Shown here: piece after piece, positions 10,372-18,815 of the stretch
How the letters are laid out: each line of letters starts with the position of its first letter
How positions within the stretch are numbered: the first letter of the stretch is position 1
Assembly: GCA_965232895.1 (NCBI GenBank)
Contig: OZ247430.1
Coordinates: 40,934 to 104,933, forward strand
Direction of reading: 5' to 3'
DNA from: Dehalococcoidia bacterium
GTDB taxonomy: Bacteria > Chloroflexota > Dehalococcoidia > Lucifugimonadales > UBA3495
DNA length: 64,000 bases
Position numbers and translations under genes: made by a program
The notes under the pieces: generated by a model
What the model was told of the DNA's origin: nothing
What the model saw: only the letters and a program-made list of their open reading frames with translations
Database searches by the model: none

Positions 10372-13300
10372 CTATCCGAAGAGCCCGCCGGCATTCTCAA
10401 TTACGCCGTCTATCTCCGACATCTGCGTAATGGTCTCGGCGATGGCCGCCGCCATCCGACGGTAGTGCTCCACGTCGGGATAAGTTGACAAGGCGCGCCG
10501 GCGGCGATCTTTCAGCCACTTGTCCATGGGCTGGTAGCCGCCAATGCGGAAATCCCACACCGCCGGCGCAACGCCGGCAAAATATTGGCTGGTGTTGATA
10601 TAAACGCGGCCGTCATCGTCAGCATCACCGGGCGCGTACTTTGGGTAGCCGGCGGCGACCACGTTGTCGCCGGGAACCGGAAAACCCACCAGTGTAGCGC
10701 TCACGCTCTCGGAGCGCAGCAGATGGGCCTCGACCAAGCGGCGGCCCACGCCGGCCATCTCCCGGAACAAACTAGCGTCGCCCGGCGGCGGCACCCGCGG
10801 GAAGTCGGACCGGAGAAACTGGTCGTAGCGTTCCCGGTACGTCGGCGAGTGGAAGACGGCGTAGATGTAGTGGAACACATCCTCCGGGCCAAAGGTTTCC
10901 TGCAAGTTGCCGGGGCCATCGGGGATGAACGTCAATCCGGTGCGCCGTGCCAAGTCGTCGGTGAACCCCGGCGCAAGATTCGCTTCGCGCTCTCCGTCGG
11001 CATAAAGACCCGAGGCAATTTCTTGATCGGTGGGGTAGAGGTACAGCGGAGCAAATTGCATTATGCCTTTGCTGCTGTAAAAAGCGCGGTTATCGACAAT
11101 CTCTTCATACACACCAAAATGAGAATATTCGTCATTCACTGCTACTTGGCGCATAAAAGCCAAGCCAGTATTTCCGTCTGCTAGTATATGTTGCATTACA
11201 TTTCGGCGGCGTCTGGTGATGAACGAGTCACTGTAATAGGTGTACCTGATGTCAAACGGGCGGTACAGGATCGGAACCACCAAATTCTCGTCCATGTTTT
11301 CATCTGCTGGGAACTCAAAATCACGCGCCGTGTGACTCATTTCATCTGCTGACCAGCGGATGGCCACCTTATCTTGTCCGGTCACAATGCCCGCCGAGTT
11401 CACGGGCATAATATCGGTAATTTTCCGCCATTGCGCGTATTCAGTTTCAAGTTTCTTGTCCCAAGGTTTGAATCGGTAATCTGGAGATTCCGGCTCAACG
11501 GTTTGCCAGTCGGTAGTCAGTAAGTCCGATGTGGACAAGCTGGCGTACTTGGCATCACGAGTGCCCCACAAATCGGCGTGCCTCACCTTCGCCGGCCCTA
11601 GCTTGCCTGCTTCTTTAACGAAGATAGCAATAGCGACACCCTGCTGGATGTCAAAAACATTTTCGTCGACGCTGCCGTCGGGGGCGCTTTCCTTCATTCG
11701 AGAATTGCCATGCAGATCCAACAGGTAGATGTCGGTGAAAGTGTCCAGCAGTTGCTGCCGCATCCCCCGAAAAGTCGGGTTGTCCAGATAACCGTGGTTG
11801 GTGATAAACGCCAGGACACCGGCGCCGGTCTGCTGTATCCGCCACTGAGCGAAGCGGATGAACTTTACGTAATCGTCCTGCAGCCATTTGGGATTGCGCT
11901 CACCCAGCGGCTGCCCGTCAACGGTTTTGTAATCGTTGACCAGGTTGGCTATCCAATCCCCTTTGTTGGCGGAATGGCCGGAGTACGGAGGGTTGCCGAT
12001 GACAACCATGATGGGCAGGTCGCGCTTGACTGCGGCGGCAGCGTTGGCCTCGTCGGTGATGGCGCGCAGCGGACCGAACATAGTCTGCGTTTGCTGTTCC
12101 GCCTGCTCCAGCGAGTTGGTCAGGAACACACCCAGACGTTCGTCGGCGCCGAACTCGTAGGCCCAGGTCGCCTGCTGCTCCGACGGCAGATCCTGCGCCG
12201 CCAACTGCATCCCCAGCTTCAGGTGAGCCATAGCGTAGGGAGCCATCAACAGCTCAAAGCCGAACAGCCGGGGCAACAGGTGCTCTTTGACGTACCCGCT
12301 CCACATCCCGGCGTTGCCGGCATTTTTGAAATGGTCCCGGACGTGATCAATCACGGCATAGAGAAATGATCCGGTGCCACAGGCCGGGTCCAGCACCAGG
12401 ACGCGGTGGGACTTGCCGGTGATGGTCTGGCCGCCGCCGTCAAGGTATTCGTAATCGGCGGTAGCGTTATCGGCCAGCCCGTCGGCGCAGCCGAAACGCT
12501 CCTTGAGCAGACGGTCGACGGAGCGCACGATGTAGGAGATCACCGGCTCCGGGGTGTAATACACGCCGCGCCGCTCCCGCAGGGCCGGGTCATAGGCCGC
12601 CAGGAAGGTTTCGTAGAAGTGCATCACCGGGTCCTGGCGGGCGGCGCGGCTTCCGAAATTGGCGAATACGGCGGCCAGGTCGGCGCCGGCCAGCAGTTGC
12701 GTCAGGTCGTCGACGAAAGAGACGAAGGGCTCGGCGTCAAGGTCGGGGCCGGCCATCATCCCAAAAATCCGGCGGATGAAAGGATTGGCGGCAGGGATCA
12801 AATGGGCGGCGTCGTTGCGGCGAAAATCCCCGGCGCCAGCCTGGCCGGCGTGGTTGAGCCGGGCAGCGAAAAGGCCATAGGCCAAAGTTTGCGCGAACAT
12901 GTCAGCAAAAGTGTCCGTGGCCAGGTCGGGAACCAGAGCCGTCCGGGAAGCGTCGTAAAGATCGCGGATGTTGTCCGAGGCTTCACCGTTCTCAAAGGCA
13001 GCCGCCACCACGTCACGGGTGAGATGCGTCAGCCGCGCCATGCGCAGCGCAAGTTCCTCAGAATTGGCGACAGGTTCAGGTGGACGGTCGAGGAAATCGG
13101 CCAGCAGCAACCCTACGTTCTTGACGCCGTCGGGCTCGTCCAGACTAGCCACACCGCGGCATTGGCCGGCTATGTACTGGCGGAACTCGGTGTAGTTGGT
13201 CAGGATAAGGTTGGGAAGCGCGTTGCGATACCGCTTGAATTGCCGGCCGTTGTCGGTGTCGGGACGCGCCCGGGCGCTTTCCCGGTCAATATCAGCCAGG

Positions 13301-13542
13301 GAAACGCCCGTATCCTTGGCTTCTACGTAGCCAAGGATCAGAGGGTTATCCCCAGCGAGAGTAACGACAAAATCAGGGGCGCCGCATTCGATATGCCTGG
13401 GCTCGTTAACCGCAGTCACTTTGCCGTCTGCTTCCAATAACGCCTGCAGGGCGGGCCGGTGGGTATGCTCGGTGGCGTTGCCCAATTCCAGGCTGGCCTG
13501 GAGCGTCTTGCGATAAGTCGTGAAATCATTGGCGGAAGGCAT
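10372..13542 (-). CDS. Single-chain type IIG/IIL restriction-modification enzyme (PD-(D/E)xK nuclease + N6-adenine MTase + TRD, no helicase)
   Basis: N-terminal GAPDF...YVEAK; motif I VLDPACGTGSFL; motif IV GNPPY; GVYYTPEPV; C-terminal YRPFD and IGGYQPMDKWLKDR. Confidence 0.9.
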   Translation of the reverse strand: MPSANDFTTYRKTLQASLELGNATEHTHRPALQALLEADGKVTAVNEPRHIECGAPDFVVTLAGDNPLILGYVEAKDTGVSLADIDRESARARPDTDNGRQFKRYRNALPNLILTNYTEFRQYIAGQCRGVASLDEPDGVKNVGLLLADFLDRPPEPVANSEELALRMARLTHLTRDVVAAAFENGEASDNIRDLYDASRTALVPDLATDTFADMFAQTLAYGLFAARLNHAGQAGAGDFRRNDAAHLIPAANPFIRRIFGMMAGPDLDAEPFVSFVDDLTQLLAGADLAAVFANFGSRAARQDPVMHFYETFLAAYDPALRERRGVYYTPEPVISYIVRSVDRLLKERFGCADGLADNATADYEYLDGGGQTITGKSHRVLVLDPACGTGSFLYAVIDHVRDHFKNAGNAGMWSGYVKEHLLPRLFGFELLMAPYAMAHLKLGMQLAAQDLPSEQQATWAYEFGADERLGVFLTNSLEQAEQQTQTMFGPLRAITDEANAAAAVKRDLPIMVVIGNPPYSGHSANKGDWIANLVNDYKTVDGQPLGERNPKWLQDDYVKFIRFAQWRIQQTGAGVLAFITNHGYLDNPTFRGMRQQLLDTFTDIYLLDLHGNSRMKESAPDGSVDENVFDIQQGVAIAIFVKEAGKLGPAKVRHADLWGTRDAKYASLSTSDLLTTDWQTVEPESPDYRFKPWDKKLETEYAQWRKITDIMPVNSAGIVTGQDKVAIRWSADEMSHTARDFEFPADENMDENLVVPILYRPFDIRYTYYSDSFITRRRRNVMQHILADGNTGLAFMRQVAVNDEYSHFGVYEEIVDNRAFYSSKGIMQFAPLYLYPTDQEIASGLYADGEREANLAPGFTDDLARRTGLTFIPDGPGNLQETFGPEDVFHYIYAVFHSPTYRERYDQFLRSDFPRVPPPGDASLFREMAGVGRRLVEAHLLRSESVSATLVGFPVPGDNVVAAGYPKYAPGDADDDGRVYINTSQYFAGVAPAVWDFRIGGYQPMDKWLKDRRRRALSTYPDVEHYRRMAAAIAETITQMSEIDGVIENAGGLFG

Positions 13543-13754
13543 CTGTGCGTATCATCTCATCGCGACGGAGCGCGGCAGTGGATTTACATTGCTGAATGTA
13601 CGACCGGGCCGGCGGGCGGTCAATCGTGTGGGCGCCAGTATGCGCAAAACATTCGACCAACGCTCGGTTCCACCACGACGCTTGCGTTGAGAATGCCGAG
13701 CTACCAGAGTTTTCGGCATGATGCAGCACGCAGGGGTTGTTCTCGTTGATCGAG

Positions 13755-13906
13755 CAGGGCAATCGCACCATCGCCGTCATTCCTGCGCACGCAGGAATCC
13801 AGTGATCTAATTTGTTAAATACGCTACAAATTCGTTCATTCTATGACCAATGGACTCCGGCTTTCGCCGGAGTGACGGGCGTGGAGCCTATGCTGCGATT
13901 GCCCTG
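13755..13906 (-). mobile_element. 152-bp MITE/REPIN-like element, copy B (inverted)
   Basis: Reverse-complement near-copy of 6008-6159 with the same TIRs and length. Confidence 0.8.
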
Positions 13907-14006
13907 GTTGACCGAGCGGTTGGGCACGAGGGTCGCTCTCGATTCTGGTACAATCCCGGCTGATGTGCAGGGCATACCGGATGGATAACCATCGCGAGGG
14001 AATGCG

Positions 14007-14657
14007 ATGAACAAACCTTTGAAACTGTGGCTGCTGCTTTGTGCGATGGCGGTGTCAGCGCTGCTGGCGATAGCCGCCTGCGCCCCCGCATCCGATGACG
14101 GCGGGAACGGTATGGCCGGCATGGAGATGGGCTCCATGGCCGCGCCTGAAGACAGCGGCAACCTGAAGATCGGGCAAGCCAGCCCGCCTTTCACCATGAT
14201 GCTGGCGAACGGCTCCGAAGTTTCTTCGCATGACCTGGCGACAAGCGGCCGGCCGGCGCATCTGTTCTGGTTCGCCACCTGGTGACCGGAGTGTCGCGCT
14301 GAGTTGCAGACGCTGAACCCCATCGCCAGCGAGTTTCCGGAAATCGACTTCTACGTCGTTGCCTACAATGAACCCGCGGAGGCGATTGCAGCGTATATCG
14401 AAGAGAACGGTTACACCGACCTGATCGCCGCGCAACCCGTCGGAGCCATGCTGTCCGACCTGGAAATCACGCGCCAGATGGCGATGATGGCGGTGAACGC
14501 CGACGGGGTGATCTACCACCGGCAGTTGATGGGCAGCGCGGACCAGTGGTTGCCACAGTTCACCGAGCTGACCGCCGACCCACACGCCGTACCGACCAAA
14601 ACGGAAGTCAAGAAAGAGCAGGACCGGCGGCTGATGGATCTGCAGCTGCCGGCTTGA
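14007..14657 (+). CDS. Lipoprotein TlpA/redoxin-like selenoprotein 1 (UPEC), in-frame UGA at 14283-14285
   Basis: Lipobox LAIAAC; WFATW-TGA-PECRAEL. The frame stays open with redoxin-like sequence to TGA 14657. Candidate SECIS follows the UGA, and selA is in the window. Confidence 0.85.
14296..14313 (+). promoter_or_regulatory. Candidate bacterial SECIS stem-loop of selenoprotein 1
   Basis: GCG-CTG-agttg-CAG-a-CGC starting 10 nt after the UGA; loop 16 nt from the UGA with G second. Confidence 0.7.
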
Positions 14658-14700
14658 TGACAATAGGCTCCGGCGTCGTTGACGCCGCCGAAGGGAAAGA

Positions 14701-15534
14701 ATGAAAAAGGTTGCAAAATACTGGGCGGGCATCGCGGCCGCCACTCTGCTAGCGGTGGGCCTGGTGGGCTGTGCAGCTGAAGAGCCGGCGACGCCTGCCG
14801 AAGTGGTCTCCGCAGTAGCGACGGAAGCTCCGCCGGCCGCGACCCAGCCATCCGCCGGCGAACCTCAAGCAGTGACTGCGACCTCAGCGCCGCCCGCAAC
14901 TTCGGGAACGACGGCGCCCGCGGCCATCACAGCGCCGACGGAAGCAGCGACAGTTTCCGCTCCGCCGTCGCCCACTGATCCCCCGGCGGTGGCAGCGACG
15001 GCGCCGGCCGCCACCGAATCTGCCACAGCATCCGCTGCGCCTACGGATACACCGGTTTCGGCTCCGCCAACTGCCCCAACCACCACCGAGGCCCCGGCCA
15101 TTGACGTCGGAGCCCAGGTTGGGGAAACCCCGCCGGCGTTCGCAATGGATCTGTCCGACGGGTCGCGGATCGAATCGGCCGACATCGTGGGCAGCGGCAA
15201 GCCGGTGTTCATGATGTACTTCGCCACCTGGTGACCAACCTGCCGCGCCGAGTTACGGACGCTCAGCCCATTGGTAGCAGAACACGCAGGACAGGTTGAC
15301 TTTTACCTGGTCGCTTTCAGCGAGAGCGCGGCAACGCTGGACGAATACGTTGCCGATCACGGATACACCGACATGATCTCCACTCAGCCCGTGGGAACCA
15401 TGCTGGCCGATCTGAAAATCGTCAGCCAGTCGTCAATGATCGCGGTGGACGGCGCGGGCGCGATCACCTTCCGCAAGGGTTACGGAGGCCGGGGCGGCGA
15501 CTTCGGCGCGGAGTTCGCCAAGCTGATTCAGTAG
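14701..15534 (+). CDS. Lipoprotein TlpA/redoxin-like selenoprotein 2 (UPTC), in-frame UGA at 15232-15234
   Basis: Lipobox GLVGC, long Ala/Pro/Thr linker, YFATW-TGA-PTCRAEL. The frame continues to TAG 15534, and the protein is a clear paralogue of the upstream gene. Confidence 0.85.
15245..15262 (+). promoter_or_regulatory. Candidate bacterial SECIS stem-loop of selenoprotein 2
   Basis: GCG-CCG-agtta-CGG-a-CGC at the same offset as in gene 1, with a compensatory T-A to C-G pair. Confidence 0.7.
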
Positions 15535-15558
15535 TAACCCAGAGAAGGTACCGTCGCT

Positions 15559-15606
15559 CTTACGCGCAGACGAACTTACGCGCAGACGAACTTACGCGCA
15601 GACGAA
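15559..15606. repeat. 16-bp tandem repeat x3
   Basis: CTTACGCGCAGACGAA three times, exact. Confidence 0.9.
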
Positions 15607-15657
15607 ACAAGCAGCCGCTGGTACTGCCCGTTTCGCTTTCCCCGGACTGTCTCGAAG

Positions 15658-17427
15658 TCATTTGGCGGCAGGTGTTCCTTCGATATCGGCTTGCAGCATC
15701 GAAGTCACCTCGCTCAACGGCAGGGCGCCGTGGTTGTCGCCGTCGCGGGTGCGGACGGCGGCCGCGTTGGCATCGGCCTCGCGGTCACCGACGACCAGCA
15801 TGTAAGGGATCTTCTGCAACTGGGCCTGGCGGATTTTCTGGTTCATGCGCTCGCTGCGGTCGTCGACCTCCACGCGGAAGCCGGCGTCCCGTAACTGCGC
15901 TGCGACTTGCTCCGCGTACTCGTTGTGCCGGTCCGCGATGGGGATCACCGTGGCCTGCACGGGAGCGAGCCACAGCGGAAATGCCCCGGCATAGTGTTCA
16001 ACCAGTACGCCGAAGAACCGCTCCAGCGATCCGAGAATGGCGCGGTGCACCATGTAGGGCCGCGACCGGTTGCCCTGGTCATCCTGGAAAACCAGATCGA
16101 AGCGCTCGGGAAGGTTGAAGTCGAACTGTACCGTGGTGCACTGCCAGTCCCGGCCCAGCGCGTCCTTGATCTTGATATCGATCTTCGGGCCGTAGAACGC
16201 CCCGCCGCCATCGTCTATTCCGTACGGCAGGTCGCGGGATACCAACGCCTGGCGGAGCGACTCGGTCGCGTGGTCCCACATTTCCGGTTCGCCCACGTAC
16301 TTCTCGGGACGAGTGGACAGCATGATGTCGTAGTCCTCGAACCCGAAGGCGGACATGATTTCAAAAGTGAGGTCGAGTACGTCGCCCACCTCGGCCGCGA
16401 CCTGATCGGGAAGGCAGAAGATGTGGGCGTCGTCCTGGGTGAAGCCGCGGACCCGCATGAGGCCGTGGAGGACGCCGCTGCGCTCATAACGGTAAACCGT
16501 GCCCAGCTCGGCGATGCGCAGGGGCAACTCGCGGTAGCTGCGCAGGGCGGAGCGGTAAACCTGGATGTGGAACGGGCAGTTCATCGGCTTCAGGAAATAT
16601 TCCTGCTCGTCGATCTCCATGGGGGCGTACATGCTGTCCCGGTAGAAATCGAGGTGCCCGCTGGTTTGCCACAGCCGCGCTCGTCCAATGTGCGGCGAAT
16701 AGACAATGTTGTAGCCGCGCCGATAGTGGATGTCCCGCCAGTAGTCCTCGATGAGCGAGCGCATGATGCCGCCCTTGGGGTGCCACACGATCAGGCCGGG
16801 TCCGATTTCCTCGTGCACGGTGAACAGATTGAGCTGCCGACCCAGGGTGCGGTGGTCGCGGCGTTCGGCTTCCTCCAGACGCTCCAGATGCGCCTCGAGC
16901 TCCTGCTGCGACTCCCATGCGGTGCCGTAGATGCGCTGGAGCATGGGGCGGTTTTCGTCGCCACGCCAGTACGCGCCGGCCACGTTGAGCAGCTTGACCG
17001 CCGTAATCTCCCCGGTGTTTTCCACGTGAGGTCCCTGGCAGAGATCGGTGAACTCGCCGTGACGATAGATGCTAAGGGTCGTTTCGTCGGGAAGATCGTC
17101 GATGATCTCCTGCTTGTAAGGCTGGGAGTCGAACATGGCCTTGGCAGCATCTCGGCTCAACTCCTCGCGGACGAAGGGCGCGTTGGAACGGATCGTGTCC
17201 AGCATCAGCGTCTCGATGCGCTCCAGGTCTTCGGGCGTGAAGGGCTGGGCCACGTCGAAATCGTAGTAGAACCCGTCGGCAGTGGGCGGCCCGATGCCCA
17301 CCTTTGCCCCTGGAAACAATTGCAGCACCGCATCGGCCATCACGTGGGCCGCCGAATGGCGCATCCGATGCCGCAACGATTCGATAGGATCGTGCACGGC
17401 GTGTTCCGGGGTTCCGTGATCCAGCAT
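15658..17427 (-). CDS. thrS: Threonine--tRNA ligase
   Basis: RHSAAHVMA, DLCQGPH, RDHRTLG, KPMNCPFH, RVRGFTQDDAHIF, HRAILGSLERF. Confidence 0.96.
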   Translation of the reverse strand: MLDHGTPEHAVHDPIESLRHRMRHSAAHVMADAVLQLFPGAKVGIGPPTADGFYYDFDVAQPFTPEDLERIETLMLDTIRSNAPFVREELSRDAAKAMFDSQPYKQEIIDDLPDETTLSIYRHGEFTDLCQGPHVENTGEITAVKLLNVAGAYWRGDENRPMLQRIYGTAWESQQELEAHLERLEEAERRDHRTLGRQLNLFTVHEEIGPGLIVWHPKGGIMRSLIEDYWRDIHYRRGYNIVYSPHIGRARLWQTSGHLDFYRDSMYAPMEIDEQEYFLKPMNCPFHIQVYRSALRSYRELPLRIAELGTVYRYERSGVLHGLMRVRGFTQDDAHIFCLPDQVAAEVGDVLDLTFEIMSAFGFEDYDIMLSTRPEKYVGEPEMWDHATESLRQALVSRDLPYGIDDGGGAFYGPKIDIKIKDALGRDWQCTTVQFDFNLPERFDLVFQDDQGNRSRPYMVHRAILGSLERFFGVLVEHYAGAFPLWLAPVQATVIPIADRHNEYAEQVAAQLRDAGFRVEVDDRSERMNQKIRQAQLQKIPYMLVVGDREADANAAAVRTRDGDNHGALPLSEVTSMLQADIEGTPAAK

Positions 17428-17512
17428 TGTCGTACCTGCTTGGCGATGATTGCAACTTGATTATAACCCAGGGACCGGTATGACCCGGCATGACGGAAAA
17501 ACGCTGGCGCGG

Positions 17513-17905
17513 CTATATCGCAGACTGAATATCGGTTTGGGCGAAGTCATTGCCTTTGAACAGCAACGGCAGCCGGCGCGCTGACGCCAGGGAATAGGCG
17601 AACGTATCGCCAAAATTGAGTTGCGCCGGGTGGCCTTGACCTTTGCCGTATCGTCGGTAAGCTGCGGCGGCCAACCAAATATGCTCCGCATCCATTGGCA
17701 CAACGCTTACAAAGGAACGCTGTAGGAATTGGCTGGCTAATCCGTAGATGTCTTCGCCCTTTCCAATCGCCACCGTCATCAACTCAATGGCGGTTCCGAC
17801 GGACACGAGGATCTCGCCGTCCTGCTCCATAGCCGCCAGAAAATCGGGAGCGTCCGACTCGTTGGTGATTACCGACACTATTGCCGAGGTGTCGGCAACC
17901 ATCAC
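17513..17905 (-). CDS. vapC: VapC PIN-domain toxin
   Basis: MMVADTSAIV...ELMTV...YGKGQGHPAQLNFGDTFAYSLA. Confidence 0.9.
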   Translation of the reverse strand: MMVADTSAIVSVITNESDAPDFLAAMEQDGEILVSVGTAIELMTVAIGKGEDIYGLASQFLQRSFVSVVPMDAEHIWLAAAAYRRYGKGQGHPAQLNFGDTFAYSLASARRLPLLFKGNDFAQTDIQSAI

Positions 17906-18192
17906 TTTGGCAACCCCCGATCATCGTAGAGTTCCTCTTGCCAGACTCTAGACGGAGGGTTGTCGTCGTCAAAGGGGTGTTCTGCCCGCCAGCGCCGGGC
18001 AGCGGCGACGATTGGCATCATTTCAGCAGCGATTTCCGCCGGGGAGGGTTTGCCGCTCCGGGGTAATTTCGCCTCTAGCGCCTCTACCGCCACTTTGAGT
18101 GCGCGTTCCGGCCCGTCCGGGCCAGTAAAACCCATTTGATGAGCCAAATTCGCCAGCCTCGATTCCATTTCCGCTGTTAGCATGATATCCAT
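17902..18192 (-). CDS. Probable VapB antitoxin
   Basis: 96 aa, 4-bp overlap with vapC, ends ELYDDRGLPK as in Rv0623-like VapB. Confidence 0.8.
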   Translation of the reverse strand: MDIMLTAEMESRLANLAHQMGFTGPDGPERALKVAVEALEAKLPRSGKPSPAEIAAEMMPIVAAARRWRAEHPFDDDNPPSRVWQEELYDDRGLPK

Positions 18193-18271
18193 GCCTCCCC
18201 TTCGCCCGAAGATTGATGACTGCTCAATTGAGGCCCGTCGGCAGTATGCGGCCCAGTGTCTACAGCTGATC

Positions 18272-18297
18272 GCGGGGTGTTGTCTTCAACACCCCGC
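18272..18297. terminator. Perfect 11-bp hairpin between the orphan genes and vapB
   Basis: GCGGGGTGTTG-tctt-CAACACCCCGC; no clear U-tract. Confidence 0.4.
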
Positions 18298-18329
18298 AAT
18301 AACGCAACAGGTGGACGGTGGGTAGATTG

Positions 18330-18734
18330 CTAGGCTGAAGAAGCCATCAGCATTTTATCGTTGAGTTCCTGAGCACGGGTCACTTGCTGTCGGTAGTCGC
18401 GCTCAAGGTCGTACTTCGCGTTCCTTTCGCGCTCCAAATCGTTCCGCAAGGATTCCTTCTCCTGCTCCAGTTTGGCTATCACTTTCCGATGCTCCTCTTC
18501 GACATAGATGTCGATGGCTTGCCTCATAGCAGTGATATTGGCGTCCCGGTTCAGCCCGGTTCCGCCCATCGTGATGATGTTCGTAGCGAGCTTCTCCTTG
18601 TTTTTGGCCTGCTGCATTGCCGGTTCATCAGCAAACTCCCGCAAGATGTACTTGACGGTGGCGTCTGTGTCCCCGTTGTTCCTAAGTTGGAACAAACAGG
18701 CCTCAGTGCGCCGGGCTATCGAAATGTAAGCCAT
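18330..18734 (-). CDS. Hypothetical protein with C-terminal coiled coil
   Basis: AAGGAGG RBS before ATG at 18734; heptad-like EQEKESLRNDLERERNAKYDLERD. Confidence 0.7.
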   Translation of the reverse strand: MAYISIARRTEACLFQLRNNGDTDATVKYILREFADEPAMQQAKNKEKLATNIITMGGTGLNRDANITAMRQAIDIYVEEEHRKVIAKLEQEKESLRNDLERERNAKYDLERDYRQQVTRAQELNDKMLMASSA

Positions 18735-18815
18735 GTCGGCCTCCTTTTGGTTGGCGGGCACTATGCCCTCTCGGGCTATGTGCGTCCACCTGAGTTACGG
18801 GTGTATACGTCCACC

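Noticed and set aside
14007-15534. Calling the split redoxin genes pseudogenes
   Set aside because: The same TGA at the same catalytic position in two diverged paralogues, conserved downstream coding, a covarying hairpin and the presence of selA all argue for selenocysteine rather than decay.
17428-17512. T-box leader for thrS
   Set aside because: Only about 85 bp are available, with a TATAAT box close to the start and no T-box motif.
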